Shown one piece after another: positions 1-11,914 of a stretch of 64,000 nt of DNA. Source of the DNA: an uncultured delta proteobacterium (lineage in GTDB: Bacteria; Myxococcota; Myxococcia; Myxococcales; Anaeromyxobacteraceae); the NCBI GenBank assembly GCA_963766715.1, contig CAVYBH010000013.1, positions 192,001-256,000 on the forward strand, in the 5' to 3' direction. Made by a program: the position numbers and the translations under genes. Every line of letters begins with the position of its first letter. Position 1 is the stretch's first letter. Below the pieces are notes generated by a model. It searched no databases, was not told where the DNA came from, and was given only the letters and a program-made list of their open reading frames with translations.

Positions 1-26
1 CAGGGCTCCCGTCCGCGCCGGCTGGT

Positions 27-1169
27 GTGACCTACCTCGATCACAACGCGATCACGCCGGTCCGCCCGGAAGCCGCGGCGGCGGTGGCCCGCGCCCTCTC
101 GGCCTTCGGGAATCCCTCCTCCGTCCACGCGGCCGGACGCGAGGCGCGCGCCCTCCTCGACGAGGCGCGCGCGCAGGTGGCCGCGGCGCTCGGCGTGGCC
201 GGGCGCGACCTCGTCTTCACGTCCGGCGCCACCGAGTCGGCCACCCTCGCCATTCGCGGGGTGCTCGGCGCCGCCCCCGAGGGACGGACGGCGCTCGTCG
301 TCACCGCGGTCGAGCACCCCTGCGTCCTCGACCTGGCCCGCGACCTGGCGCGCCACGGCACCCCGGTGCAGGTCGTGCCCGTGGACCGCGCGGGCGTGGT
401 GGACCTGGAGGTCCTCCGGCACGCCGTCACCCCCGAGACCGCGCTCGTCTGCTGCATGCTCGCGAACAACGAGACCGGCGTCCTGCAACCCGTCGCCGAG
501 GCCGCCGACCTGGCCCACGCGGCGGGGGCGCTCCTCTTCTGCGACGCCGTCCAGGCGGCCGGCAAGATCCCCGTCGACCTCCCCTCGCTCCGCGCCGACC
601 TCGCCGCCATCACCAGCCAGAAGTTCGGCGGCCCGCGGGGGGCGGGCGCGCTCTGGATCGCACCCGGCGTGCGCCTCGCGCCGATCGCCGGCGGGCACCA
701 GGAACGCGGGCGGCGGGCCGGGACGGAGAACCTCCCGGGCCTCGCCGGCATGGGCGCCGCCCTCGAGGCCGCCACGGCGGGGCTCGCCGCCGAGGGGGAG
801 CGCATCCGACGCCTCCGCGACCGGCTCGAGGCCGGACTCCTGGCGGCGGTCCCGGGCGCCCGGGTGAACGGGCTCGGCGCGCCCCGGCTTCCGAACACCC
901 TCTCCATCACGCTTCCGGGCGCCGACGGCGAGGCCCTCCTCATCGCCCTCGACCTCGAGGGCATCTGCGCCAGCGCCGGCGCCGCCTGCACGTCCGGATC
1001 GACCACGCCGTCCCACGTCCTCTCCGCGATGGGGCTCTCGGTGGGCGAGGCCCGGGCCACGCTCCGCCTCTCGCTCGGCTGGAGCAGCACCGATGCCGAC
1101 GTGGATCACGCGCTGCGGGTCATGCCGGTCCTCGTGGCCCGCGTCCGCGACGCGCTCGCCGCGCCCTGA
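27..1169 (+). CDS. cysteine desulfurase (IscS/NifS-type, PLP-dependent class V)
   Basis: YLDHNA N-terminus, FTSGATES, DAVQ, QKFGGPRG (PLP Lys), AGTEN and SAGAAC catalytic Cys region. Confidence 0.93.
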   Translation: MTYLDHNAITPVRPEAAAAVARALSAFGNPSSVHAAGREARALLDEARAQVAAALGVAGRDLVFTSGATESATLAIRGVLGAAPEGRTALVVTAVEHPCVLDLARDLARHGTPVQVVPVDRAGVVDLEVLRHAVTPETALVCCMLANNETGVLQPVAEAADLAHAAGALLFCDAVQAAGKIPVDLPSLRADLAAITSQKFGGPRGAGALWIAPGVRLAPIAGGHQERGRRAGTENLPGLAGMGAALEAATAGLAAEGERIRRLRDRLEAGLLAAVPGARVNGLGAPRLPNTLSITLPGADGEALLIALDLEGICASAGAACTSGSTTPSHVLSAMGLSVGEARATLRLSLGWSSTDADVDHALRVMPVLVARVRDALAAP

Positions 1170-1222
1170 TCTCCCCGCGGTCGCTTGCGCTCGACCCGGG
1201 CCGCGCACATGAAACGCGCCCC

Positions 1223-3399
1223 ATGCCCACGCGCTCCGGCTCCGCCGCGGTCCTCCTCGCCATGACGATCCTTCCCCTCCCCGTCCCCGCCGCCGCTCCG
1301 GCCGCCGCCGCCGCCCGCCGCGGCACCGGTTGCCGCCGCCGCCGCAACGGCCGCCCCCGTCGCTCCGCGCCGCGCCCACGTCTCGACCTGGCACGGCGAG
1401 GCCGTGAACGACCCCTGGTTCTGGCTTCGGGAGAAGGAGAACCCCGAGGTGCGCGCCTACCTCGAGGCCGAGAACGCCTACACCGAGGCGATGACGAGGC
1501 CCGTCGCCGCCTTCGCGGCCTCCCTCTACGACGAGATGCTGGCGCGGGTGAAGCAGACCGACCTGGGCGTGCCCCAGCGGCGCGGCGCCTTCTGCTACTA
1601 CCAGCGCACGGTCGAGGGGCTTCAGTACCCCATCCGGGCGCGGCGCCCCGTCGAGAAGGATTGCTCCTGCGGCGAGACGGCCCCGGAGGAGGTGATCCTC
1701 GACCTGAACGCGCTCGGGAAGGGGAAGCCCTTCATCGCGCTCGACGCCTTCTCGGTCAGCGACGACGGCAAGAAGCTCCTCTACTCCACCGACGACACCG
1801 GGTTCCGGCAGTTCGACCTCTTCGTGAAGGACCTCGGCACGGGCGCCGTCACGGGCCCGCTGGCCGAGGCGGGTGACGGCCGCGGAGTGGGCGGCCGACT
1901 CGGCGACCCTCTTCTTCACGACCGAGGACGCCACGACGAAGCGCTCGGACACGGTGTGGCGCCTCTCGCCGGGGACCGAGCCGGTGCGGCTCTTCGAGGA
2001 GAAGGACGAGCTCTTCCGGGTGGGGCTGGGCCGGACGAAGGACCTCCGCTACCTGGCCGCCGTGTCCATGTCGACCGATTCCTGGGAGACGAGGGTCCTC
2101 GACGCCCGGACGCCCGGCGGCTCCTTCCGCGTGATCGTCCCCCGCAAGAAGGGGCTCAAGTACGACGTGGAGCACCGGGACGGCGTCTTCTACATCCGCA
2201 CCAACGACGGGGCGAAGGACTTCCGCCTGGTGACCGCCCCGGTCGCGAACCCGGCGATGAAGAACTGGAAGCCCTTCCTCCCGGCGCGCCCCGGCGAGAA
2301 GATCGTCGACGTCGAGCCCTTCCGCGACTTCCTCGTCGTGACCACGCAGGAGGCCGGCCTCCCGCGCTTCCGCGTCCACGACTTCGCCCGGAAGGCCTGG
2401 GGCGAGATCGCCTTCCCCGATCCGGTCTACGTGGCGAGGGGCACGCCGCTCCAGGAGTTCGACACCGGCGCGTTCCGCTACCGGTACGAGAGCCTGGTGA
2501 CCCCGCCCACCGTGTTCGACGAGGACCTCGCGACCCACGTCCGGACGCTGCGGAAGCAGGATCCCGTGCTGGGCGGCTACGACCCCGCCCGCTACGTCTC
2601 GGCCCGCCTGTGGGTCACGGCCCGGGATGGGGCGAAGGTCCCGGTGTCGGTCGTCCACCGGAAGGGCGTGGCCCAGGATGGCACGGCCCCGCTCTGGCTC
2701 TACGGATACGGATCCTACGGCTACGGCATGCCGGCCGGGTTCTCGTCGTCCCGCATCTCGCTGCTCGACCGCGGCGTCGTCTTCGCCATCGCGCACGTCC
2801 GGGGCGGCGACGAGATGGGAGAGGCCTGGCACGACGACGGCATGCTCCTGAAGAAGCGGAACACCTTCCACGACTTCGTCGACGTGGGCGAGGCGCTCGT
2901 CCGCGACCGCTTCACGTCGAAGGATCGCCTGCTCATCGAGGGCGGCAGCGCCGGCGGCCTGCTCATGGGGGCCGTGGTCAACGAGCGGCCCGACCTGTTC
3001 CGGGCGGTCCACGCCGCGGTCCCCTTCGTGGACGTGATGAACACCATGATGGACGCCAGCCTGCCTCTCACGGTGGGTGAGTATCTGGAGTGGGGAAACC
3101 CGAACGAGAAGGCGGCGTTCGACTACATGCGGTCGTACAGCCCGTACGACAACCTGGCCGCCGGGGCCTACCCGGCGATCCTCGTCACGACGAGCTTCAA
3201 CGACAGCCAGGTCATGTACTGGGAGCCGGCCAAGTACGTGGCGAAGCTCCGCACCCTGAAGACCGACGCGAACCCCCTCCTCCTGAAGACCAAGCTCGAC
3301 CCGGCCGGGCACGGCGGGGCGAGCGGTCGCTACGACGCGCTGCGGGACCGGGCCTTCGAGGTGGCCTGGATGCTCTCGCAGGTCGGGATCGCGAAGTAG
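1223..3399 (+). CDS. ptrB: oligopeptidase B / S9A peptidase with signal peptide (frameshifts near 1330-1400 and 1870)
   Basis: DPWFWLRE, YLEAENAY, LYGYGSYG, AHVRGG, GGSAGG nucleophile, NDSQVMYWEPAKY and AGHGG; segments lie in three frames. Confidence 0.9.
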
Positions 3400-3411
3400 C
3401 TCCGCTATCGC

Positions 3412-3440
3412 TTGACAGGGGCCTTCCCGGCCCCTACGAT
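3412..3440 (+). promoter_or_regulatory. sigma70-type promoter for the 6S RNA-ygfA unit
   Basis: TTGACA (3412-3417), 17-bp spacer, TACGAT (3435-3440). Confidence 0.75.
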
Positions 3441-3498
3441 CCATCTATCAAACTTCTCGTGATTTCGAGAGGTTATCGCTCTTTCTGCATCTCGACCT

Positions 3499-3685
3499 GC
3501 CCCCTGCTGGGTTCGTGATTGGCTTCGAGTCGTTTGGGCCGACTCTGAACAAAGAGGAGCACCTGGTCTCGTTCATGTGCAAGCTCCCATGCTTCAAGGG
3601 AGAAGCCTACGCGCGGGACTTCGACGTGCCCCACCTGTAGCAATACAGGTCCAAGCAACCGAGCCACACGGCCTGCGCGGGGGGC
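3499..3685 (+). ncRNA. ssrS: 6S RNA
   Basis: About 187-nt rod: 5' GCCCCCUGC..GGUUCGUG..UGGCUUCG..UUUGGGCC pairs with 3' GGUCCAAG..CGAGCCA..CACGGCC..GCGGGGGGC. It is followed by a T-run and lies directly upstream of ygfA, the classic ssrS-ygfA arrangement. Confidence 0.85.
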
Positions 3686-3700
3686 TCTTTTTTCTTCCGC

Positions 3701-4303
3701 TTGCCCTCCGACCCGACCTCCGCCGCCGTCCGGAAGCACGCGCTCCGCGAGCGGATGATCGCCGCGCGCTCGAGCCTGTCCCCGGACGAGCGCGCCGCCG
3801 CCTCCCGCGCCATCGCCTCCCGCCTCGAGTCCCTTCCCGCCTGGTCCGGAGCCCGGACCGTGGCCCTCTACGCGTCGATGGGGGCGGAGGTCGACACCGC
3901 TGGGCTCGCGCTCCGCGCCACGTCGGAGGGGAAGCGGGTCGTCTGGCCCAGGCTCTCTCCGTCGGGGAAGGCCATGGACTTCGCCGCCTGCCCGGCCTCC
4001 GACCTGGTGGCCGGACCGGCCCGGACGCTCGAGCCGCCCCCGACCGCCCCCTCGGTCCCGGCCGGCGAGATCGACCTGGTCGCCGTCCCGGGAGTCGCCT
4101 TCGACGCGCGCGGGGGCCGGCTGGGGCGCGGCCGCGGTCACTACGACGCGACCCTCGCCCGGATCCGGCCCGGAGCGTTCCGCGTCGGCCTCGCCTTCGA
4201 GTCCCAGGTCGTCCCGGCCGTTCCGGCCGAGCCCCACGACGAGCGGCTCGACGCGGTCGTCACCGAGGCGCGGCTCCTCCTGGCCGCCGGCGGTCCCGGT
4301 TGA
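3701..4303 (+). CDS. ygfA: 5-formyltetrahydrofolate cyclo-ligase
   Basis: KxxLR N-terminus, EVDT, VPGVAFD, RLGRGRGHYD and EPHDERLDAVVTE. Confidence 0.93.
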   Translation: MPSDPTSAAVRKHALRERMIAARSSLSPDERAAASRAIASRLESLPAWSGARTVALYASMGAEVDTAGLALRATSEGKRVVWPRLSPSGKAMDFAACPASDLVAGPARTLEPPPTAPSVPAGEIDLVAVPGVAFDARGGRLGRGRGHYDATLARIRPGAFRVGLAFESQVVPAVPAEPHDERLDAVVTEARLLLAAGGPG

Positions 4304-4337
4304 CACCTGCCCGGGCGCGTGCGGAGATCCCGCCCCC

Positions 4338-5132
4338 TTGAAACTCCTCTTCCTCGGCGACGTCTTCGGAAAGCCCGGCCGCACGGCCGTGAAGCGGCTC
4401 GTGCCGCGCCTCATCTCCCGCCACGGGATCGACCTCGTGGTGGCGAACGCGGAGAACTCGGCCAACGGCGTGGGGGTGACCCCCGAGACGGCCGACGAGC
4501 TGCTCTCCGCCGAGGTGAACCTGCTCACGAGCGGCAACCACATCTGGGCCAAGCGGGAGATCGTCCCCTACCTGGAGGCGAAGGGCTCGAGGCTGCTCCG
4601 CCCGGCCAACTACCCGCAGGGCGCGCCCGGCCGCGGCCACGCCGTGGTCGAGACGCCCGACGGGCGCAAGCTCGGGGTGGTGAACATCGAGGGACGGGTC
4701 TTCATGAAGGACCTCGACGACCCGTTCCGCGCCGCCGACCGGCTGGTCGCCGAGCTGAAGTCGCAGGGGTGCAAGGCGATCCTGGTCGACATGCACTGCG
4801 ACGCCACCAGCGAGAAGAACGCCATGGGCTGGTACCTCGACGGGCGGGTCTCGGCGGTGCTCGGCACCCACACGCACGTGCAGACCGCCGACGCGCGCGT
4901 GCTGCCGGGCGGCACGGCCTTCGTCACCGACGTGGGGATGTGCGGCCCCTGGGACTCGGTGATCGGCGTGAAGAAGGAGCTCGTGCTCGAGCGCTTCCTC
5001 ACCCAGCGCCCGGTGCCGTTCGAGCCGGCCCGGCGGGACGTCTGGCTGCAGGGCGCCATCGTGGACATCGACGAATCCACCGGGAAGGCCCGCTCCGTCG
5101 AGCGGGTCCAGGAAAAGGACGAGGAGCAGTGA
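4338..5132 (+). CDS. ymdB: TIGR00282 / YmdB family metallophosphoesterase
   Basis: [46 protein letters not shown] and TDVGMCG. Confidence 0.95.
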   Translation: MKLLFLGDVFGKPGRTAVKRLVPRLISRHGIDLVVANAENSANGVGVTPETADELLSAEVNLLTSGNHIWAKREIVPYLEAKGSRLLRPANYPQGAPGRGHAVVETPDGRKLGVVNIEGRVFMKDLDDPFRAADRLVAELKSQGCKAILVDMHCDATSEKNAMGWYLDGRVSAVLGTHTHVQTADARVLPGGTAFVTDVGMCGPWDSVIGVKKELVLERFLTQRPVPFEPARRDVWLQGAIVDIDESTGKARSVERVQEKDEEQ

Positions 5133-5134
5133 GG

Positions 5135-6389
5135 ATGGCACTGGGCGACCCGAGGCTCCGCAGCGCGACCCCCGAGGAGCAGTTCCGCGAGGTGACGCGC
5201 GGCATGGTGGACCTGCACGTGGAGAAGGATCTCCGCGAGCGGCTGCAGAAGTCCTACGACACCGGGGTTCCGCTCCGCGTGAAGGCCGGCTTCGACCCCA
5301 CCGCGCCCGACCTCCACCTCGGCCACACCGTGCTCATCTCCCGCATGCGCCGGTTCCAGCAGTTCGGCCACACCGTCATCTTCCTCATCGGCGACTTCAC
5401 CGGGATGATCGGGGACCCCACCGGGCGCAACGCCACCCGGCCGCCGCTCACCCGCGAGCAGATCCTCGCCAACGCCGAGACCTACAAGAAGCAGGTCTTC
5501 AAGATCCTCGACCCCGCCGAGACCGAGGTCCGCTTCAACTCCGAGTGGCTCGGCCCCATGACGTTCGCCGACGTGGTGCGGCTGGCCAGCCGCCACACCG
5601 TGGCCCGCATGCTGGAGCGGGACGACTTCAAGAAGCGCTACACCGGCAACACCCCCATCTCGATCCACGAGTTCCTCTACCCGCTCGCCCAGGGATACGA
5701 CTCGGTCGCCCTGAAGTGCGACATCGAGCTCGGATCCTCCGACCAGCTCTTCAACCTGCTCGTCGGACGCGCGCTCATGCACCAGTACGGGCTCACGCCG
5801 CAGATCGTGCTCACCGGCCCCATCCTGGAGGGGCTCGACGCGAAGCTGGACCCGGCCACCGGCAAGATCGACGGCGACAAGATGTCCAAGTCGCTCGGCA
5901 ACTACGTCGGGGTCGCCGACGCGCCCGAGGAGCAGTTCGGCAAGCTCATGTCGGTGTCCGACGACCTCATGTGGCGCTACTACGAGCTGCTCTCGGCACG
6001 CACCAGCGCTCGAGATCGCCGCGCTCCGCGCCGGGCACCCCAAGGCCGCCAAGGTCGCGCTCGGCAAGGAGATCGTGGAGCGCTTCCACGGGGCGGAGGC
6101 CGCCCGGCAGGCCGAGGCCCACTTCGAGCAGGTCCACGCCCGGCGCGAGACGCCGGAGGACGTCGCCGAGGTGGCGCTGTCGCTGGCGGGGCAGGCCTCG
6201 ATCCCCCTGGCCGCGGCGCTCGCCGACGCGAAGCTCGCCTCGTCCCGCAGCGAGGCCCGCCGCCTCGTGTCGCAGGGCGGGGTGACCGTGAACGGGGAGC
6301 GGGCCAGCGATCCGCAGGCGCCGCTCGGCGCCGGCGAGTACCTGGTCAAGGTGGGCAAGCGCCACTTCGCCAGGCTTCGCCTGGGCTGA
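5135..6389 (+). CDS. tyrS: tyrosine--tRNA ligase (frameshift near 6000)
   Basis: [13 protein letters not shown] (HIGH), [20 protein letters not shown]; the S4 domain ([14 protein letters not shown]...KVGKR) is in ORF 6075-6389. Confidence 0.95.
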
Positions 6390-6391
6390 CC

Positions 6392-7577
6392 CTACCCGGC
6401 CACGGCCCGCACGCGCACCCCGTCGGCCACCTTGTCGCCGGGGTGCACCAGCACGACCTCGGACGGGGCGAGCCCATCCAGCACCTCGAAGACCGTCCCG
6501 CTCCCGTCGCCGACCCGGATCTTCCGGAGCCGGGCCACCCCACCCTCCACCGCGAAGACGGCCCAGCCGCCCGCGTGGCGGAAGAGCGCGCCGGCCGGGA
6601 CGCGGAGCACGTCCGCCTTCTCCGCGACGACGATGCGGCCGTCGGCGGCGTAGCCGTCGGACAGCGGCGCCCACGCGCCCGGCGCGGCCGGATCCGCGAG
6701 GACGTACACGCGCTGCTCTTCCACGCCGAGCGCCGAGACCTTGGTGAACGCCGAGGGCTCGACGAGCCGGACCCGTCCAGGAAGGACGCGGTCGCCTCCC
6801 CAGTTCACGAGGTCCACCCGGTCGCCGGGCTTCACGCGGACCGCGTCGGTCGTGAGGAGGTCGATCCGCAGCTCGACCCGGAGGGGATCGCCGACCTCGA
6901 GGAGCGGCGCTCCGGCCGCGACCGGACCCTCGCTCTCCTGGAGGACCCGCAGCACCCTCCCGGCGGCGGGCGAGCGAACCGGGGTGCCGCCCACGCCGTG
7001 GCCGCCGCGGGCCTCGAGGAGCGCCGCCGTGGCCTGGGTCTCGCGACGGGCGCGCTGCAGCGCCGCACCGGCCATCTCCGCCGCGTGGCCGGCCTCCTCC
7101 GCGGCCGACTCCGCCGCGTCCAGGTCCCGCGGGGTCGCGGATCCGCCGGCGGCGAGCGACCGCACCCGGTCCCGCTCCCGCCCGGCCTGGCTGGACGCGT
7201 GGACGGGCGCGCTCCTGGGCCGCCTGGGCCTCGACCTCGGCTGCTCGCGCCGCTGCCAGCCGGGCCCGGAGCTCGCTGCGGGTGCGGTCGTCGATGGGGG
7301 AAGGCGTGCTGGGGAAGACCGTGCCGACCACCTGGCCGGCCCGGACCTCGTCGCCGGCCCTCAGGGCCGTCCGATCCAGGTGGCCGTTCACCGGCGCCGC
7401 GATCACGAAGCGGTCCCGCACCCGGACCTTGCCTGGCCCCTCCACCGTCACCTGCATGGGCCCGCGCGTCACCGGTGCGACCTCGACCTCCAGCGCCCTC
7501 GGCCAGAGCGCCACGGCCGCTCCCGCGATCCCCAGCGCGGCGACGGTGGCGTACGCGATGACTCGCCTCGTCTTCAT
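6392..7577 (-). CDS. efflux periplasmic adaptor (HlyD/MacA-type; frameshift near 7200)
   Basis: N-terminal [42 protein letters not shown] and VPAGALFR. Confidence 0.88.
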
Positions 7578-7581
7578 GCGC

Positions 7582-9943
7582 TCACTCCTTCGCCTTGAGG
7601 ACCGAGACCAGGTCGAGCCGGCCCAGCCAGGAACGCGACCACAGGGCCACCGTGGCGCCCGCGAGCAGCACGACTCCCGTGGCGGCTGCCGCGTTGGCCC
7701 GGGTGATCACGGCCGGGAGTCGCATCAGGTCGGATGCGGTCGCCGCCGCGGTCAGCTCCACGAAGCCCCATCCGACCAGCCATCCGAGGGGAACGCCGAG
7801 GAGGACCTGCACGACGAGCTCACCCAGCGAGAATCCGCCAGACCTCGCCCCGGGTGAACCCGATCACGCGCAGCGTCGCGAGCTCGCGCTCCCGCTCCGC
7901 GAGGGCCAGGCGCGCGCCGTTGTAGACCACCCCCACCGCGATGACGACGGCGAAGAACGTGAGGAGCCCGGTGAACCAGAGCAGGCTGTCCTCCAGCATC
8001 CGCTCGACGGACCTGCGGGTCGCCTCGCCCAGCGCGACTCCCGCCACGCGGGGCATGCCGAGCAGGCGGCGGTACAGGTCGGCGGTCGCCGCCGGGTCGG
8101 TCGAGAGGAAGGCCCCGGACGCGAGCGCGCCGTCGCCGGCCATGCGGTTCAGGACGCCTCGATCCATCACCGCCTGCACGCCCATCAGGTCGTCCACCAG
8201 CGCGACCACCGGAACCTCGGCGCTCCGGCGCGCGCCCTCCTGGAACTCGAGGCGGACCGGATCTCCCGGACCCACCCGCAGCCGCCCGGCGAGATGCCGG
8301 CTGAGCAGGAGGCCCCACGGCGGCACCTCGACGCTCCCGCGGCGGACGTCCACCACCTGGTGCAGGCGCGATCCGGGATCGAGCCCCAGGACCGCCGTGC
8401 GGTAGCTCCTGTGCCCGGAGCGCAGCGTGGCGGGAAGGGCCCGGAACGCCTCGGCGTCGATCACGCCGGGGAGCGATTGGAGCTCCCGGATCGCCCGGGC
8501 GTCGAGCGCACGCGCGAACTGGACGGCGGCATCCTCCCTGGCGACCCGCCCGAACTGGTGCTCCACCAGCACGAGGGAGGCATCGCGGGCGAAGGCCGCC
8601 ACCATCGTGCAGCCCACCGCGGCGCCGATCCCCACCGCCGAGAGGGCTGCCCGGACCGGGCGGCGCTCCAGGTCCCGCAGCACCATCCGGCCGACGGGCG
8701 GGAGGATCCGCCCCAGCCCCATGCGCTCCGCCGGGCCGGGGCGGAAGGTCGGCGGCGCCTCGGGTCGCATCGCCTCGGCCGGGGCGAGCCGGACCGCGCG
8801 ACGGACGGCACCGGAGACCGCGGCGAGCGCCGCGAAGGCCGAGAGGACCACCCCGAGGAGCGCGACCCCGGGCTCGACCTCGTAGAGGATGACCGGGAAG
8901 CGGTAGTAGCGGGCGTAGAGCCGGGCGAGCGCCTCGCCCATCCAGTACCCGCCGCCGATCCCCACGGCGGCCCCGATGGCCACCAGCACGAGCGCGAGCG
9001 ACGCGAAGTGCCGCCCCACCTGGCCGTTTCCGTAGCCGAGCGCCTTGAGCGTCCCGATCTGCATGCGCTGGGTGGCCACCAGGCGGGAGAGGACGAGCGC
9101 GAGCAGGAAGGACGCCACCCCCAGGATCACCACCGGGATGGTGGTGGCCATCACCCGCAGCTGCGAGATCTCGTCCGTCACCAGCCGGTGCGACGTCTGC
9201 AGCTCCCGGCCGTAGGCTCCCCTGCCTCCGTAGGGCAAGAGCAGCCGGTCGATGGCTGCGATGACTGGCGCCTCCGCGGCGCCGGGCGCCAGCCGGACCG
9301 CCAGCGAGTTGAAGGCTCCGGTGAGGTCGAGCGCCGCGGCGAGCGCCTCCCTCGACATCCAGAGGACCCCGTAGTGCACGTCGTCGTTCAGGATGCCGCC
9401 TGGACGCACGGTGAAGATCTGCTCCGGCGAATCCCCCGATGCCCACGATCTGGAGCGCCTTCCAGCGCCCGTCGATGACCGCCGAGATCCGGTCTCCGGG
9501 AGCGAGCCGGTTGGCGATCGCGAAGCTCTCGCTCGCCACCACCTCGCCGGAGGCGCCGGGCGCCACCGACCGGCCCTGACGGATGTGCAGGCGGTCGAGC
9601 CGCGGCTCGCCGTCGTCGGGGACCGAGCGCAGCAGGGCGCTGGCCGGCTCGGGCAGTCCGGGGACGTCCAGGAGGACGTCGAACACGACCCGGGTCTCGG
9701 CGATCGCGACCCCGGGCAGCGCGGCGATCCGGCCGGCCACCGGCTCCGGGGCACGCGTCAGCTCGACGAAGAGGTGCGGGAACCGGTGGGACTCGTAGAG
9801 CGCGTCCTGGGTTCGCTGGAGGGCCCGCCAGGTCGACACGGAGGCGACGAAGGTGGCGACGGCGCAGGCGACCAGCGACGCGATGGCGATGCCCTGCCCG
9901 CGGGTGCGCGCCAGGTCCCGCCAGAGCTTTCGCTGGAGCGCCG

Positions 9944-9947
<4 letters not shown>
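7582..9947 (-). CDS. ABC transporter permease, double FtsX/MacB type (frameshifts near 9440 and 7820)
   Basis: GTG start [19 protein letters not shown] and [14 protein letters not shown]; many TM segments; start overlaps the ATPase stop. Confidence 0.88.
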
Positions 9948-10657
<710 letters not shown>

Positions 10658-10757
10658 GGCGGTCCCCCCTTCCGGGCCCTCCACCTCCCGTCACGCTACG
10701 CCCTTCCCGGTCGGCCTCGGGCGGCGATTTCGGGGGGAACCCGGACCGGGCCCCTCT

Positions 10758-11357
10758 TCAGGCCTTGAAGTCGCGCCCGACCACGTAGACCTCGAAGCTT
10801 CGCTCCCGGGTGGCCTCGGGGCGAACGACGTCGACCTTCCCGAAGTGGGCCCTCATCTCCTTCTGGAAGATGGGGAAGTCGCCGCCCATGAAGACCTTCA
10901 CGACGAAGGCCCCCCCGAGCTTGAGGGTGTCGCCCGCGACCGACAGCGCCATGCGCGCCAGCTCGAGCGACCGGGCCTCGTCGGTGACCTTCACCCCGAT
11001 GGTCTTCGGCGCCATGTCGCTCGTCACCAGGTCGAACCGGCCGGCGTGGATGGCGCGGATCCGGTCCAGGGCGTCCGGGGCCAGCAGGTCGACCACGGCG
11101 GTCCTCACCCAGGGCTGGGGGAACCGATCCATGGCCACGATGTCCACCCCGAGGGCGACCCCCCGCGGCCCCACCACCTCGGCCAGGATCTGCAGGAATC
11201 CACCCGGCGCGGCCCCCAGGTCGAGCACCGAGCCGCCCTTGCCGAGCAGCTTCTGCCGGCGGAGGATCTCCTCGATCTTGAAGGCCGACCGGGCCCGGAA
11301 GCCCTGCTCCTTGGCCTTCTGGTAGAATCAATCCTTGGGGTCGTAGGGCTTTGCCAT
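10758..11357 (-). CDS. rlmE: 23S rRNA Um2552 methyltransferase RlmE/FtsJ, with an in-frame TGA at codon 10
   Basis: MAKPYDPKD*FYQKAKEQGFRARSAFKIEE...DLGAAPGG, SDMAP, KVFMG and ATRERSFEVY, all in one frame. Confidence 0.9.
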
Positions 11358-11435
11358 GTCCGTGCCGTTCGCCGCTCTCCATACCCCATCCCGGCCCGGC
11401 GGGCGCGGGGGAAGCGCCGGGATCCCGCCCCTTGA

Positions 11436-11813
<378 letters not shown>

Positions 11814-11845
11814 CGCCCGGCGCGCGAGAGCGCGAACCGCATCCC

Positions 11846-11886
11846 CGAGCCCCGCACGTCGAAAGGCGCGCGGGGCTCGTCGTTTT
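11846..11886 (+). terminator. hairpin terminator/attenuator after the ferredoxin
   Basis: CGAGCCCCGCACGTC-GAAA-GGCGCGCGGGGCTCG followed by TCGTTTT. Confidence 0.6.
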
Positions 11887-11914
11887 CACCCCGCTCGGTC
11901 GGAGGGACGCTCGC

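Noticed and set aside
5990..6020. Programmed ribosomal frameshifting in tyrS or other split genes
   Set aside because: No slippery heptamer or stimulatory signal was seen, and the indel density across unrelated genes fits sequencing error better.
4319..7561. Very long Arg/Pro/Gly-rich ORFs (this one and many shadow or antisense ORFs)
   Set aside because: Expected in high-GC DNA with few stop codons; they overlap well-supported genes and lack family motifs outside the real-gene segments.
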